The translations under genes were made by a program, and so were the position numbers. From Pseudomonas phage vB_PaeM_PS119XW, in the sequence record MN103543.1: a DNA stretch of 40,000 nucleotides; one strand, 5' to 3'. The notes under the pieces are model-generated. The model had not been told where the DNA came from. It saw nothing but the letters and a program-made list of their open reading frames with translations, and searched no databases. Shown one piece after another: positions 26,965-36,719 of this stretch (positions are counted from its first letter, which is position 1; the number at the start of each line of letters is the position of its first letter).

Positions 26965-28599
26965 ATGCACGGAATCAACATGGGCATTTCCGCTGGTGCA
27001 GCTGTCAACTCGAAGCTGTCCGTACAGAACTTTGTTCTGGTGGAAACCGGCACCTATCAAGAACAGCACATTCGACCTTTCTCGATTAATGCTAACCAAG
27101 AAGTAGCTCGTCAACTGGAACAAGCTACAAATGGTGGCATGAACCTTCGGGTAAGTGCTGTACAAGAAGTAGCTTCTTCGGTTATCACTCCCCAAGCATC
27201 GGTAGAAGGTAGTGTCGGTATTGCACATGGCTGGCGTTCTCGCCGGTTCCGCTTCTTGATGAAAGTGAATGAGCAACATCCATTCATTGCGGGAACGCTG
27301 ACTCAACGTATCTTCTTTGGCTATAGTGACCACGCTGACGCATCTCAGAATTATCTGCCGGATGACATGCGTATCTACTTCAACTCCGAAACTATCATTG
27401 CTCAAGCTATTCAACAAACCATTCATGGTCCCCAACACGTTGCGTCGATCGTAGGTTCCAACCAGATCGTTTCTCCTGTTGACATGATGGGTGGAATGAA
27501 TGGAATGTTCTCTCGTGCAACTGCTCACCTGATCCGTCCTGAAGATATCTTTAGTATTGGTCAAACAGCGCATGTGGCACAGAAACTGCAAAGCTCTGGT
27601 TTGTTTGACGGAATGATCAATCGGTCCATCGACCATCGCACGATGGTTGGTGAAGGAGGAGCATACAAGTATAGCCAACGTCGAGATACCTCTCCAACTC
27701 GTTATCTGTCGAATACTCTTGGCGCATACCAACATGCTGTCAAAGAGAATGCAATGGAGAACCAAGGGGATGATCTGTTCGGGGCTCCTGATAAAGATGT
27801 AATGTTTGGTGAAGCTGCTGCCCAGTGCAGGAACCAGCAGATCCATACTAACACCTTCTTGGCTGTTCTTAAAGATCATGCCGGGTATATGGAGAATGGC
27901 TATATCACTTTCCGTGATCTCAAGCGGCTCTTCCCTGAATGCGGCACCCAACAGGTTACTCAGTTCTCCATGAACGATGGCCGTTCAATCCGTCGTATTT
28001 CTCAGGCAGAAGACTCCGAAGTTTGGAGCGGTGCAGACTATACCTCCATTGGTGCAAGTCTGTTGGCACAGACCATTCCGTCGATCATGATGGATACCTT
28101 CCTCCGCACTTGCTCGTTTGCTGTAACTAATGGTACTGGTCCGAATAACTATTCGTTCGAGTTCCATCCGCAGAACTCTAAGGCTATCATTGATAACCTG
28201 GACATGCGTCAATACATTCTGGAATTCGAACGCCGCCTGGCTATCGATATCCTGAACAACATCACCCGTGGTAACCAGCTGCCGTTCCGTATCTCGATGC
28301 ATTCGGACTTGGCTGGTGACTCGATCATCGATATTGCCATCGGTGGTCAGTCGCTGACTCGTTTCATTGCACCGACCTTTACGGATAGTCTGTTCTCCCC
28401 GATGATTACCCGTAACGAGCAACACCCGACTAACCTGTCTGGTGATATGCTGTGGCTGGTACAAGAAGTAATTCCCAATCCGACTCAACATCAGGCTCTT
28501 CAGTCTGTCGGTTACCAACATCCGGTAGCTGCACCCATCATGATGCCTAACGCTATTAACCAAGGAGCAAGCAATGTCGTTGATCTTGGACTCGTATAA
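26965..28599 (+). CDS. hypothetical protein, 544 aa
   Basis: Long ORF with high-expression codon bias. Confidence 0.85.
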   Translation: MHGINMGISAGAAVNSKLSVQNFVLVETGTYQEQHIRPFSINANQEVARQLEQATNGGMNLRVSAVQEVASSVITPQASVEGSVGIAHGWRSRRFRFLMKVNEQHPFIAGTLTQRIFFGYSDHADASQNYLPDDMRIYFNSETIIAQAIQQTIHGPQHVASIVGSNQIVSPVDMMGGMNGMFSRATAHLIRPEDIFSIGQTAHVAQKLQSSGLFDGMINRSIDHRTMVGEGGAYKYSQRRDTSPTRYLSNTLGAYQHAVKENAMENQGDDLFGAPDKDVMFGEAAAQCRNQQIHTNTFLAVLKDHAGYMENGYITFRDLKRLFPECGTQQVTQFSMNDGRSIRRISQAEDSEVWSGADYTSIGASLLAQTIPSIMMDTFLRTCSFAVTNGTGPNNYSFEFHPQNSKAIIDNLDMRQYILEFERRLAIDILNNITRGNQLPFRISMHSDLAGDSIIDIAIGGQSLTRFIAPTFTDSLFSPMITRNEQHPTNLSGDMLWLVQEVIPNPTQHQALQSVGYQHPVAAPIMMPNAINQGASNVVDLGLV

Positions 28600-29893
28600 G
28601 TCTGTACTCCCCTCGTTCGCCTGCGAGTTCGATGAAGAAGGTTATATCAGCCTCCGTAATCCGGTAGGTACTGCTTCTCCTTCGACCGTAGACGGTAAAC
28701 GTCTTGTAATCCCAACCGATAAGTTCCTTCGCAAGGGATTCGGTGAAGACTTCCAGCCGTTCCACCCGCTGAGTGAAGCATTGAGTCGCCGGGGTACTTC
28801 CCCGGTGATTCAGTATCTGCAACGCGCAGCAAAAGCACACATTAGTTTCGTCGTCCACAAAATGGCCGAACAACTTCTGACCATCGCAGCGGACAAGTCG
28901 TCCCACAAGGACCTGCCGCCGGATGCAACTGACTTCCTGAAGAAACTGGCAGATGCGGATAAAGCAACTGTCGGTCTGTTCGAAAAACTGATGCCTGCTG
29001 CTACTAAGAAGAACCGACTGGTTGCAGTTTACTTGAAGAATGGCGGTACTTTCGATGGTAAGAAAGTAAACCGTATGGCGATCATTCGCTTCCCGATCCT
29101 GGAAGATCTTCAGGCTGAAACTGATGATGTTCTTGGTATCAAGATGGCGAAGAAACAACGTAAGGTTCTCACTGCGCTGTTCAAACTGATCGTTCCGTTT
29201 GGTGACAATCCGGAAGAGTATGCCTTTGGTACTACCAGCCGTGTTGCACCTTATTACACCAGTCTTCTGACTGCGTATCACAAAGTAATCGTGATGCTCA
29301 ATCAGCTGATTAACCGGTACGCGATTCCACTGCAAATCCCCGTCAATCTTATTCCTGTGTTTGATCTGGATCTGATCGACGAGTTCCCGAAGATCTATAA
29401 CCTTATCCCTCCGCTGAATGGCAACCTCGGTGGTCGTGATGAGGATACTCCGGAAACTGCCGAAGCTGTACAAACCCAGCAACAAGCACCGAGCGTTACT
29501 GCTCCACAAGCCAGTACTCCTCAGCTGACTCGTCCCGCCGCAGTTGTTAGCAAACCTGTAGAAAAAGATACTGTCTCCATGAGCGAATTCATGGCTGCAC
29601 AGAATCCCCAACCGCAGATGATGCAGCAGCAAATGGGAATGATGATGCCGATGAATAACGGCATGATGATGCCAGGCAATGGCATGATGCAGATGAATGG
29701 CATGGGTGGGATGATGCAACCTATGCAAATGGGTAACATGCAGCCCCAGGGTATCCAAGCGAACGCGCCCATTCCCGCGTGGATGGGTGGCCAACAACAG
29801 GGCATGATGATGATGGGTAACGGTCAACCGGCCAACCCGTACATGCAGGCTGTGGCTGGCATGCGTCAAACCAATGGTCTTGGATTGGTGTAA
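28574..29893 (+). CDS. hypothetical protein, 439 aa, with Met/Gly/Gln/Asn-rich low-complexity C-terminus
   Basis: Long ORF; MMQQQMGMMMPMNNGMMMPGNGMMQMNGMGGMMQPMQMGNMQPQG. Confidence 0.85.
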   Translation: MSLILDSYKSVLPSFACEFDEEGYISLRNPVGTASPSTVDGKRLVIPTDKFLRKGFGEDFQPFHPLSEALSRRGTSPVIQYLQRAAKAHISFVVHKMAEQLLTIAADKSSHKDLPPDATDFLKKLADADKATVGLFEKLMPAATKKNRLVAVYLKNGGTFDGKKVNRMAIIRFPILEDLQAETDDVLGIKMAKKQRKVLTALFKLIVPFGDNPEEYAFGTTSRVAPYYTSLLTAYHKVIVMLNQLINRYAIPLQIPVNLIPVFDLDLIDEFPKIYNLIPPLNGNLGGRDEDTPETAEAVQTQQQAPSVTAPQASTPQLTRPAAVVSKPVEKDTVSMSEFMAAQNPQPQMMQQQMGMMMPMNNGMMMPGNGMMQMNGMGGMMQPMQMGNMQPQGIQANAPIPAWMGGQQQGMMMMGNGQPANPYMQAVAGMRQTNGLGLV

Positions 29894-29903
29894 GACGGCA
29901 TAA

Positions 29904-29935
29904 AGCAGGGGGCCTTAGGGTCCCCTGCTATTGCT
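29904..29935. terminator. terminator between convergent genes
   Basis: AGCAGGGG...CCCCTGCT after GACGGCATAA. Confidence 0.65.
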
Positions 29936-30298
29936 TTAAAATTTTCGACTAGTGTAGAACTGTTGTAATGCACCGATCTCGTTGTTAGATGGCTTGATCA
30001 AGATATTGTTGTACACTTTGTCTAAAGGGTTACGGACATCTGCTGCAAACTGGTTTGGATTTTCCATGCCATTAACACGCAAATAAATCCAATGGAGTTC
30101 AGGCTCAATACCGATCTCTGTTAAATACCCATAAAAGTTTCCTTCGTATTGCCAGTACAACTCATTCGGAATCTCTACTCTAACCGAGTTGATATTACGG
30201 AGAATGTTGATATGTGTTTCGACAATTAAACGGAAAGCTGGATCATAAAACATTGATGCTCCACCGTCACCGGTTTGTTCCATAATTGTAAATGCCAT
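29936..30298 (-). CDS. hypothetical protein, 120 aa
   Basis: ORF. Confidence 0.75.
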   Translation of the reverse strand: MAFTIMEQTGDGGASMFYDPAFRLIVETHINILRNINSVRVEIPNELYWQYEGNFYGYLTEIGIEPELHWIYLRVNGMENPNQFAADVRNPLDKVYNNILIKPSNNEIGALQQFYTSRKF

Positions 30299-30331
30299 AG
30301 AGGAATCCTACAAAAAAATAATTTTCACATC

Positions 30332-30339
30332 TATATAAT
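30332..30339 (+). promoter_or_regulatory. putative promoter TATATAAT upstream of RNAP genes
   Basis: TTCACATCTATATAATCATTCTGCACC, 33 nt before ATG 30372, matching the spacing seen at 25328. Confidence 0.6.
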
Positions 30340-30371
30340 CATTCTGCACCAACGATCAACAGGAGTTATAG

Positions 30372-32483
30372 ATGCAAAGTCTACCAAATGCCATCCGTGA
30401 AATTAACCTGCGTTTGCTCGGTCACGCGGCAATTGATCCATATTACGGAACAACCTCCGCGGCACGCGGTGCCATGTTGCTGTCACATATTGGACAATCA
30501 CCAGTAGTGGAAGGGAACGAGCCACGTCGGGTAATGGCGGGTATCGAAATGCGTTATGCTGAACATACCTTCGATATTCGTTTCCCAACGGATTGCGTTG
30601 TTCTGAATATTATCCGTAAGTATCCCACTGGTGTGGGTCGTGGATCTATTCGACATAACCCCGTAACTACGATCGTGTATGAGGAGTATTACGACGAGTT
30701 TAAACGAATCGGTGTTATCCATGTACCAGAGTACCTAAGCTTTCACCAGGACTTTGGATTCAAACTTGAGAAGCAGAAAGATGTATGGAATAACCTTGCC
30801 GTTGGTGAGATGTTTGCCAAAGATACGGTTATTGCACAATCCACAACTGTAAAAGAAAATGGTCTTCTGGGCATGGGCGTTAACGCCACCGTGATGTTCG
30901 GTTCTATGCCTGGTACTATTGAGGACGGTTTCGTATTCTGCGATGAGTTCCTTCGGGAGAAGATGGCTCCTCGTACTTATACAACCGCTACTGGCGGAGC
31001 TGGTAAGAAAGCATTCTTCCTCAATATGTACGGTGACGATAAAAACATCAAGCTCTTCCCTGATATCGGTGAACGTATTCGTGATGATGGTGTTATCTTC
31101 GCTGTTCGAGACCTTGACGACGATCTCTCGCCAGCTGAAATGACTCCACGTGCATTGCGCACTCTCGATCGTACGTTTGACCGTGCCGTAATTGGTGATC
31201 CGGGCGCAATCATTAAAGACATCAAAGTGTATTGGGATGATCGTCAAAATCCATCTTATACTCCGAGTGGTATGGATGGACAACTGCGGAAGTACTATGA
31301 CGCACTGGCGTCGTATTACCGTGAGATCATCAAGGTATATAAAGGTCTGTCTGCCCGCCGTAAAGATCGCCTCCATATGACCGAGGAGTTTCGTCAACTT
31401 GTAGTAGAAGCGATGATCTATCTGCCTCAAGCCGAAGGTCAACGTAAGCTGACCCGTATGTATCGACTGGATCAACTTGATGAATGGCGTGTTGAAATCA
31501 CCTATGAATCGATTAAAGAACCGGGCGGTGCATATAAAGCCACTGATTTCCATGGCGGCAAAGGTGTCGTTTGTAAGATCATGAAGCGAGCAGATATGCC
31601 TCGTGACGTGAATGGTAACGTTGCAGATGTTGTTATCTTTGGCGGCTCGACTATGCGTCGTTCTAACTATGGTCGTATCTATGAACATGGTTTCGGTGCA
31701 GCATCTCGCGATCTGGCTCAACGTCTCAGAGTTGAATGTGGGCTAGAGCGTCATGGTTCCTATGAACTTGACGACGTTGTAAACCATATCAGAAACAATC
31801 CTGACTTTATCAAGTATGCCTTTAATGAGCTGCTTGATTTCTATGCAATCGTTACTCCGACAATGCATGGAATGGTTAAGGATCACCCGAATCCGATTCA
31901 ACATGTATCGCATGTATTGAGAGATGGTTTTGCGTACTTGTATTCCCCGGTTGATGACCCCGTACATTTGCCGACAGCAAGTAACCAAATCCTTAATTCT
32001 CGCTTCTGTCCAACATATGCACCGGTGACATATCGAGATCAAACAGGTAAAGAAGTAACGACAAAAGACCCAATGTTGCTTGGCCCGCTATACATGATGC
32101 TGCTCGAAAAGATCGGTGAAGACTGGTCGGCCGTAGCATCGGTGAAGACTCAACAGTTTGGTCTACCATCGAAACTGAATAACTCCGATCGGTCCAGTAC
32201 ACCTGGTCGAGAAAGCGCTATTCGTTCGTTTGGTGAATCTGAGACTCGATCTTACAACTGTACGGTCGGTGCACTACCCACGGTAGAACTGTTGGATCAA
32301 ACCAATAACCCCGAAGCACACATTGCTGTGATCAACTCTATCCTCACTGCGGATAAACCGTCCAACATTGAGAAAGCAGTTGATCGTTCCAAAATCCCAT
32401 TCGGTAACTCCCGACCAGTTGGACTTCTGTCGCACTTGTTGGAATGCCGTGGATTGCAGTTCAAGTACGCGCCCGGTGTTTAA
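30372..32483 (+). CDS. phage multisubunit RNA polymerase beta C-terminal part
   Basis: GGKGVV and DMPRDVNGNVADVVIFGGSTMRRSNYGRIYEHGFGAASR resemble the beta MPF.xDG.pvDivlnPlgvpsRMNiGQ region. Confidence 0.85.
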   Translation: MQSLPNAIREINLRLLGHAAIDPYYGTTSAARGAMLLSHIGQSPVVEGNEPRRVMAGIEMRYAEHTFDIRFPTDCVVLNIIRKYPTGVGRGSIRHNPVTTIVYEEYYDEFKRIGVIHVPEYLSFHQDFGFKLEKQKDVWNNLAVGEMFAKDTVIAQSTTVKENGLLGMGVNATVMFGSMPGTIEDGFVFCDEFLREKMAPRTYTTATGGAGKKAFFLNMYGDDKNIKLFPDIGERIRDDGVIFAVRDLDDDLSPAEMTPRALRTLDRTFDRAVIGDPGAIIKDIKVYWDDRQNPSYTPSGMDGQLRKYYDALASYYREIIKVYKGLSARRKDRLHMTEEFRQLVVEAMIYLPQAEGQRKLTRMYRLDQLDEWRVEITYESIKEPGGAYKATDFHGGKGVVCKIMKRADMPRDVNGNVADVVIFGGSTMRRSNYGRIYEHGFGAASRDLAQRLRVECGLERHGSYELDDVVNHIRNNPDFIKYAFNELLDFYAIVTPTMHGMVKDHPNPIQHVSHVLRDGFAYLYSPVDDPVHLPTASNQILNSRFCPTYAPVTYRDQTGKEVTTKDPMLLGPLYMMLLEKIGEDWSAVASVKTQQFGLPSKLNNSDRSSTPGRESAIRSFGESETRSYNCTVGALPTVELLDQTNNPEAHIAVINSILTADKPSNIEKAVDRSKIPFGNSRPVGLLSHLLECRGLQFKYAPGV

Positions 32484-32509
32484 CCGGGCTGCACGCCAAG
32501 AGGTAAATA

Positions 32510-34483
32510 ATGAATCAGTATAAAGCACGTGATCTTCTCAATATGAGTTACGATGAACTCTGGGCGATTCCAAGTGAATGGCATGAGATCATCTTTGATG
32601 ACGGGGAGAAACTCTATGCAAAAGATCGGATCACCAAGCTGTCGGTTCTGCTCTGGTATCCACTGAAAGCTTTCCCTGATGCCCCGGTTCTGAAAGATTA
32701 CCATCTGGCATCTACTCGGGTTACCTCTAAATCTCTTGTGAAATACCTGAACAAAGTTATTTGGGGTATTCATGCATGGAGTGGTGAACAGATCGATCCA
32801 GAGGTTTTGGCTAAACTGGCTATTGAAGGAAAGAATTGGCTTTATAATGAAACCACTACTCGACTGAGTGCTTACATTGCAACCCTGTCGATCTTTGACA
32901 TTATGGAAGTGTACAATCACCCGGCAGTTAGAAAGGCTAACCAAGATGTACAGCCTACTACGTACGGGATTGAAAACATTTCTTACGGGATGATCAAAGA
33001 AGCATTCAACGACGAAACACAGTTCCGTGGTAACAGCATCATTGAGGGCCTGCGCTCGGGTACGCAGAAAATGGAGCAATTGCTTCAGGCATACGGACCA
33101 CGTGGTTTCCCGACAGACATTAACTCTGATATTTTCAGTGAGCCGTGTACCACTGGTTACATTGATGGTATTTGGGGTTTGTATGAAAACATGATCGAAT
33201 CCCGATCGGGTACCAAAGCTCTGTTGTATAACAAAGAGCTACTGCGTGTAACCGAGTATTTCAACCGGAAGTCTCAGTTGATTGCTCAGTATGTACAGAA
33301 CCTACACACTGGTGATTGTAATGGTCACTTGATCGACTTCCCTGTAATGCAGGGTACGTTGAAAGCTCTTCGTGGCAAGTACTATCTGAACGAACAGACA
33401 GGTCAACTGGACTGGCTGAAAGGGGATGAGAAACATCTTATCGGTAAAAAGATTAAGATGCGTTCTATTTTGGGATGTGTGCATCCGGATCCTCAGGGTG
33501 TATGTTCGCGGTGTTATGGGCGACTAAGTTTCTCTATTCCAAAAGGAACTGTCATTGGTCAGGTATCGGCTGTATCCATGGGTGACAAAATCACTTCTGC
33601 GGTATTGTCGACAAAACACACTGATGCAACCTCGGCTGTAGAACAGTATCAGATTGGTGGCGTCGAAGCTAAGTACCTGCGAACTGGATCTGCGGCTGAA
33701 ACTCTTTATCTGAAGAAAGAACTCTCGGGTAAAGGTTTCCGCTTGATGATCGGTCGTAACGAAGCCCAGAACCTGGCTGATATTCTGATGATCGATGACC
33801 TTAGTGCATATCCAGCACCGAGTGCTTCTGAACTGACCCGTATTGGTTTGGTACGGACGGTTGATGGAGTAGACGAAGGCGATGTATTGACGGTGTCGCT
33901 GTATAACCGTCGAGCTAGTCTATCGACTGAAATGCTGCAACATATCAAACGTGTACGTTGGGAACTTGACGCTCGTGATAATATCGTGATCGATATGGCC
34001 GGGTTTGACTTTGCCCTGCCGTTCCTGACGTTGCCTAATAAGCACGTAAACATGTACGAAGTGATGAAGCGTATTCAGTCATTCCTGCACTCTGGTAGTG
34101 ATACTGAAGGGTCTAAACTGAGCTCAGATAAGGTAGGTTTTACTAGCAAGACTTATCTTAAGAACTACAAAGACCCAGTTGATGCTCTGGCAGCCACTGT
34201 GTCGCTGTTGAATGAGAAGTTCTCTTTGAATGCCGTTCACTGTGAGGTTCTGGTTTATGCTATGATGGTGCGCTCTATCGCTGAACGCGATTATCGTCTG
34301 CCTAAGCCGGGTATTACGGGTCAGTTTGAAAAATACAACAAACTGATGATGTCCCGTTCTCTTGCTGGTGCGATGTCGTTTGAGAAGCAACATGAGCCGT
34401 TGAACAATCCTGGCAGTTTCCTCTACACACTGAGGAATGACCATCCCTACGATCTTGCGGTCATGGGAGGTAAGCTGCTCTAA
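32510..34483 (+). CDS. phage multisubunit RNA polymerase beta' C-terminal part
   Basis: ENMIESRSGTKALLYNKELLRVTEYFNRKSQ resembles the trigger-loop GaRKGlaDTAlkTAdsGYLtRrL region; GVCSRCYGR and AVLSTKHT resemble C.kCYG and GTQLTmRTFH. Confidence 0.85.
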   Translation: MNQYKARDLLNMSYDELWAIPSEWHEIIFDDGEKLYAKDRITKLSVLLWYPLKAFPDAPVLKDYHLASTRVTSKSLVKYLNKVIWGIHAWSGEQIDPEVLAKLAIEGKNWLYNETTTRLSAYIATLSIFDIMEVYNHPAVRKANQDVQPTTYGIENISYGMIKEAFNDETQFRGNSIIEGLRSGTQKMEQLLQAYGPRGFPTDINSDIFSEPCTTGYIDGIWGLYENMIESRSGTKALLYNKELLRVTEYFNRKSQLIAQYVQNLHTGDCNGHLIDFPVMQGTLKALRGKYYLNEQTGQLDWLKGDEKHLIGKKIKMRSILGCVHPDPQGVCSRCYGRLSFSIPKGTVIGQVSAVSMGDKITSAVLSTKHTDATSAVEQYQIGGVEAKYLRTGSAAETLYLKKELSGKGFRLMIGRNEAQNLADILMIDDLSAYPAPSASELTRIGLVRTVDGVDEGDVLTVSLYNRRASLSTEMLQHIKRVRWELDARDNIVIDMAGFDFALPFLTLPNKHVNMYEVMKRIQSFLHSGSDTEGSKLSSDKVGFTSKTYLKNYKDPVDALAATVSLLNEKFSLNAVHCEVLVYAMMVRSIAERDYRLPKPGITGQFEKYNKLMMSRSLAGAMSFEKQHEPLNNPGSFLYTLRNDHPYDLAVMGGKLL

Positions 34484-34499
34484 GATGGAGGTCGAGGTA

Positions 34500-34539
34500 G
34501 GGAGGGCTTTGGCTCTCCCTTTCCCCTCGTTAATTTTTT
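34500..34539 (+). terminator. terminator-like hairpin directly upstream of the helicase gene
   Basis: GAGG..GGGAG..CTCCC...CCTC followed by GTTAATTTTTT. Confidence 0.55.
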
Positions 34540-36074
34540 ATGCTACCGATACTCAAGGCTGAGCGCTATACGCATGGTGTCCGACTATCTGGGTATACTC
34601 GGGAAACGTTCGCTAAGATGCAGGGGTTTCTTGAAGGGCTTTCTTTGAAAGAACCTAAGAAGATCCCTGGTAATCGAATCATCATGGAACTCAAGAAAAA
34701 GTACTATGGTTGTTTCGAAGATCTATCAGAGACTTATATCCACCGAAATTCACTAGAAGACCTGATCGGTTATCTGGAGAACAAAGGTATCCCAAGAGAA
34801 CGAGTCGAGATTGAGGATATCCCTGTCCCTAAAGCAGCAACTGCTGTTTACGAAATGTACAAGAAATACGTACTCCGGGATTATCAGGAAATCATCCGTG
34901 AAGATATTTTGCGTGATTGGTTACATTCTGCACGGGTAGACTTGCAAACGGGAAAGGGAAAACCCTCACGAGCCTAGCGTCCTTGGCTTCGATGGGGGTA
35001 AGATGTGTTGTGATGGTTCCTCCCAAGTATTTTGGTATTTGGATTGAAGCTCTTCAGAACACTTACAAGGACATTGCCCAGAGATACATTACCATCTCGG
35101 GTTCCGCAGAACTCCAAAAACTAATAGATCGCGGCGTCGAAAACGATCTTGAAGGGATTGACGTTATTGTAATCTCTTCTACTACCTACCGGGCATATCT
35201 AGATAACTTTGAGAAGTATGGTAACCGACTCCATGAGCTCGGATACAATGTACCTCCACCCCGGTTCCACGAAGCAATACAAGCAGGACTGCAAATTAAC
35301 GACGAGATTCAAGAAGATCCAGGACTAACCTTCCGTATCGATATTTACTCTAACATTAATAAGCAGATCTATTTGTCGGCTACTCCCTACACAGGGAACG
35401 CCTACGTGACGAAGATGATTGACAAGATGTTGCCAGCAGAGACCATGTGTCGCCTGCCCAACTACGATGTCTACATCAACTGCATGGGGCTACTCTACAC
35501 TGAACCAAAGATCAAACCGAAGGATTATCTTACACCGTTTAAGAATACGTATAACCATGCGCGTTACGAAACGGTAATGATGAAAGATCCTAAACGGATG
35601 GATGACTATTTCAGGATGGTCGGTCGTATTGCTGAGGGCGTGTATGTGAAAGATCGGTTACCTGGTCAGAAACTACTCCTCCTTTGTGCAACGGTCGCCT
35701 TTATTGAAAAACTGGTTAAATATCTGAAGACTAAGTTCCCTGACCTTGTGGTTAACGGACATGTCTCAGGTTGCAGTTATGAACAGTTACTTAAGAACGA
35801 CATTACGGTGTCCACTATTAAGTCATCTGGTACAGGTGTAGACATCCCTAATCTTCGTGAGGTAGTATTGTTACAAGCTACCGATTCCAAGAAAGATAAC
35901 ATTCAAATTCTGGGTCGTCTCCGTAAACTGAAAGACTTCCAAGATGTGGTACCTAGGTTGACCTACCTAGTGTGTGAAAACATACCGCACCACGTGAGAT
36001 ATGCTCGGAATAAAAGTGAGCATTTCGCCGGTAAAACTCTTTCAATGGTACTCAGACGGATAGCCATGCACTAA
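34540..36074 (+). CDS. SF2 helicase, 511 aa if made by -1 frameshifting (34540-34962 then 34962-36074)
   Basis: Q-motif-like YVLRDYQ, Walker A TGKGKT only formed across the frame junction, IYLSATPYTGN (motif III SAT), STIKSSGTGVDIPNL, ILGRLRK (motif VI). Confidence 0.85.
34956..34962 (+). promoter_or_regulatory. candidate programmed -1 ribosomal frameshift site G GGA AAA
   Basis: X XXY YYZ heptamer in the zero frame of ORF 34540-34977; the -1 frame continues as ORF 34917-36074. Confidence 0.7.
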
Positions 36075-36081
36075 TAACAGC

Positions 36082-36105
36082 CCACCTTCGGGTGGGCTTT
36101 ATACC
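36082..36105 (+). terminator. hairpin after the helicase gene
   Basis: GCCCACC-TTCG-GGTGGGC then TTTATA. Confidence 0.5.
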
Positions 36106-36121
36106 GTTAAGAGGAATAGAA

Positions 36122-36394
36122 ATGTCACCTGTGATCCTACTTATTGTTTCACCGATATTAACCGTCGTGATGTATGTATTGGAACTGAAGCTCCGTGAGG
36201 AGTACAGAACGGCGCACTATAAACACTTGTTACGTTTAGCCGGACAGAACATCAAACCGAAGTTAATAAAGCAGTCTATAGAGTATTCTGAGATTGCATT
36301 GACCCGATTGATCCATACGTTCGTAAAGAAATGTTACTTGGTATTAGCTTACTTTACGCTGACCATGTTCGTAATCGCTGCATCCCACATCTAA
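36122..36394 (+). CDS. small membrane protein
   Basis: Two hydrophobic segments; GAGG upstream of ATG 36122. Confidence 0.7.
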   Translation: MSPVILLIVSPILTVVMYVLELKLREEYRTAHYKHLLRLAGQNIKPKLIKQSIEYSEIALTRLIHTFVKKCYLVLAYFTLTMFVIAASHI

Positions 36395-36404
36395 GGAATT
36401 ACAA

Positions 36405-36707
36405 ATGAATACATCTCCCGCTGCTCTCCCTTTCCCCAACCTAATGTTCCTCCTTCTGGTAATTGTTATAGCAATTCCCGTTGTGGCATACATCTATCTA
36501 CCTTATGCTGCACTGGCTATTTCAACAGGTGTACTAGCTGCATGTACCTGTGTTTTAGGTATCGGTAATGCACTAGTTGATCCAAATGCCTGCGATACAC
36601 CTAAACACTGGAGAGAGTATCGTTATTATCTAATCGCTGGATTTGGGTTCTTCACTGTTGCTATGTTCGCAGCAGCTAATCTCAAATATGCATTTAAGTT
36701 CATTTAA
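36405..36707 (+). CDS. small membrane protein
   Basis: ORF with 3 hydrophobic segments. Confidence 0.75.
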   Translation: MNTSPAALPFPNLMFLLLVIVIAIPVVAYIYLPYAALAISTGVLAACTCVLGIGNALVDPNACDTPKHWREYRYYLIAGFGFFTVAMFAAANLKYAFKFI

Positions 36708-36711
36708 AGCC

Positions 36712-36719
36712 TATATTAC
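36712..36719 (+). promoter_or_regulatory. putative early-type promoter TATATTAC
   Basis: TTTAAAGCCTATATTACAACTGTG, 35 nt before ATG 36755. Confidence 0.65.

Noticed and set aside
26935-27951. 338-aa minus-strand ORF
   Set aside because: Antisense of the 544-aa protein gene, with no start context or independent support.
28556-29869. 437-aa minus-strand ORF (His-rich)
   Set aside because: Antisense of the Met-rich gene; the His runs are the complement of ATG-rich codons.
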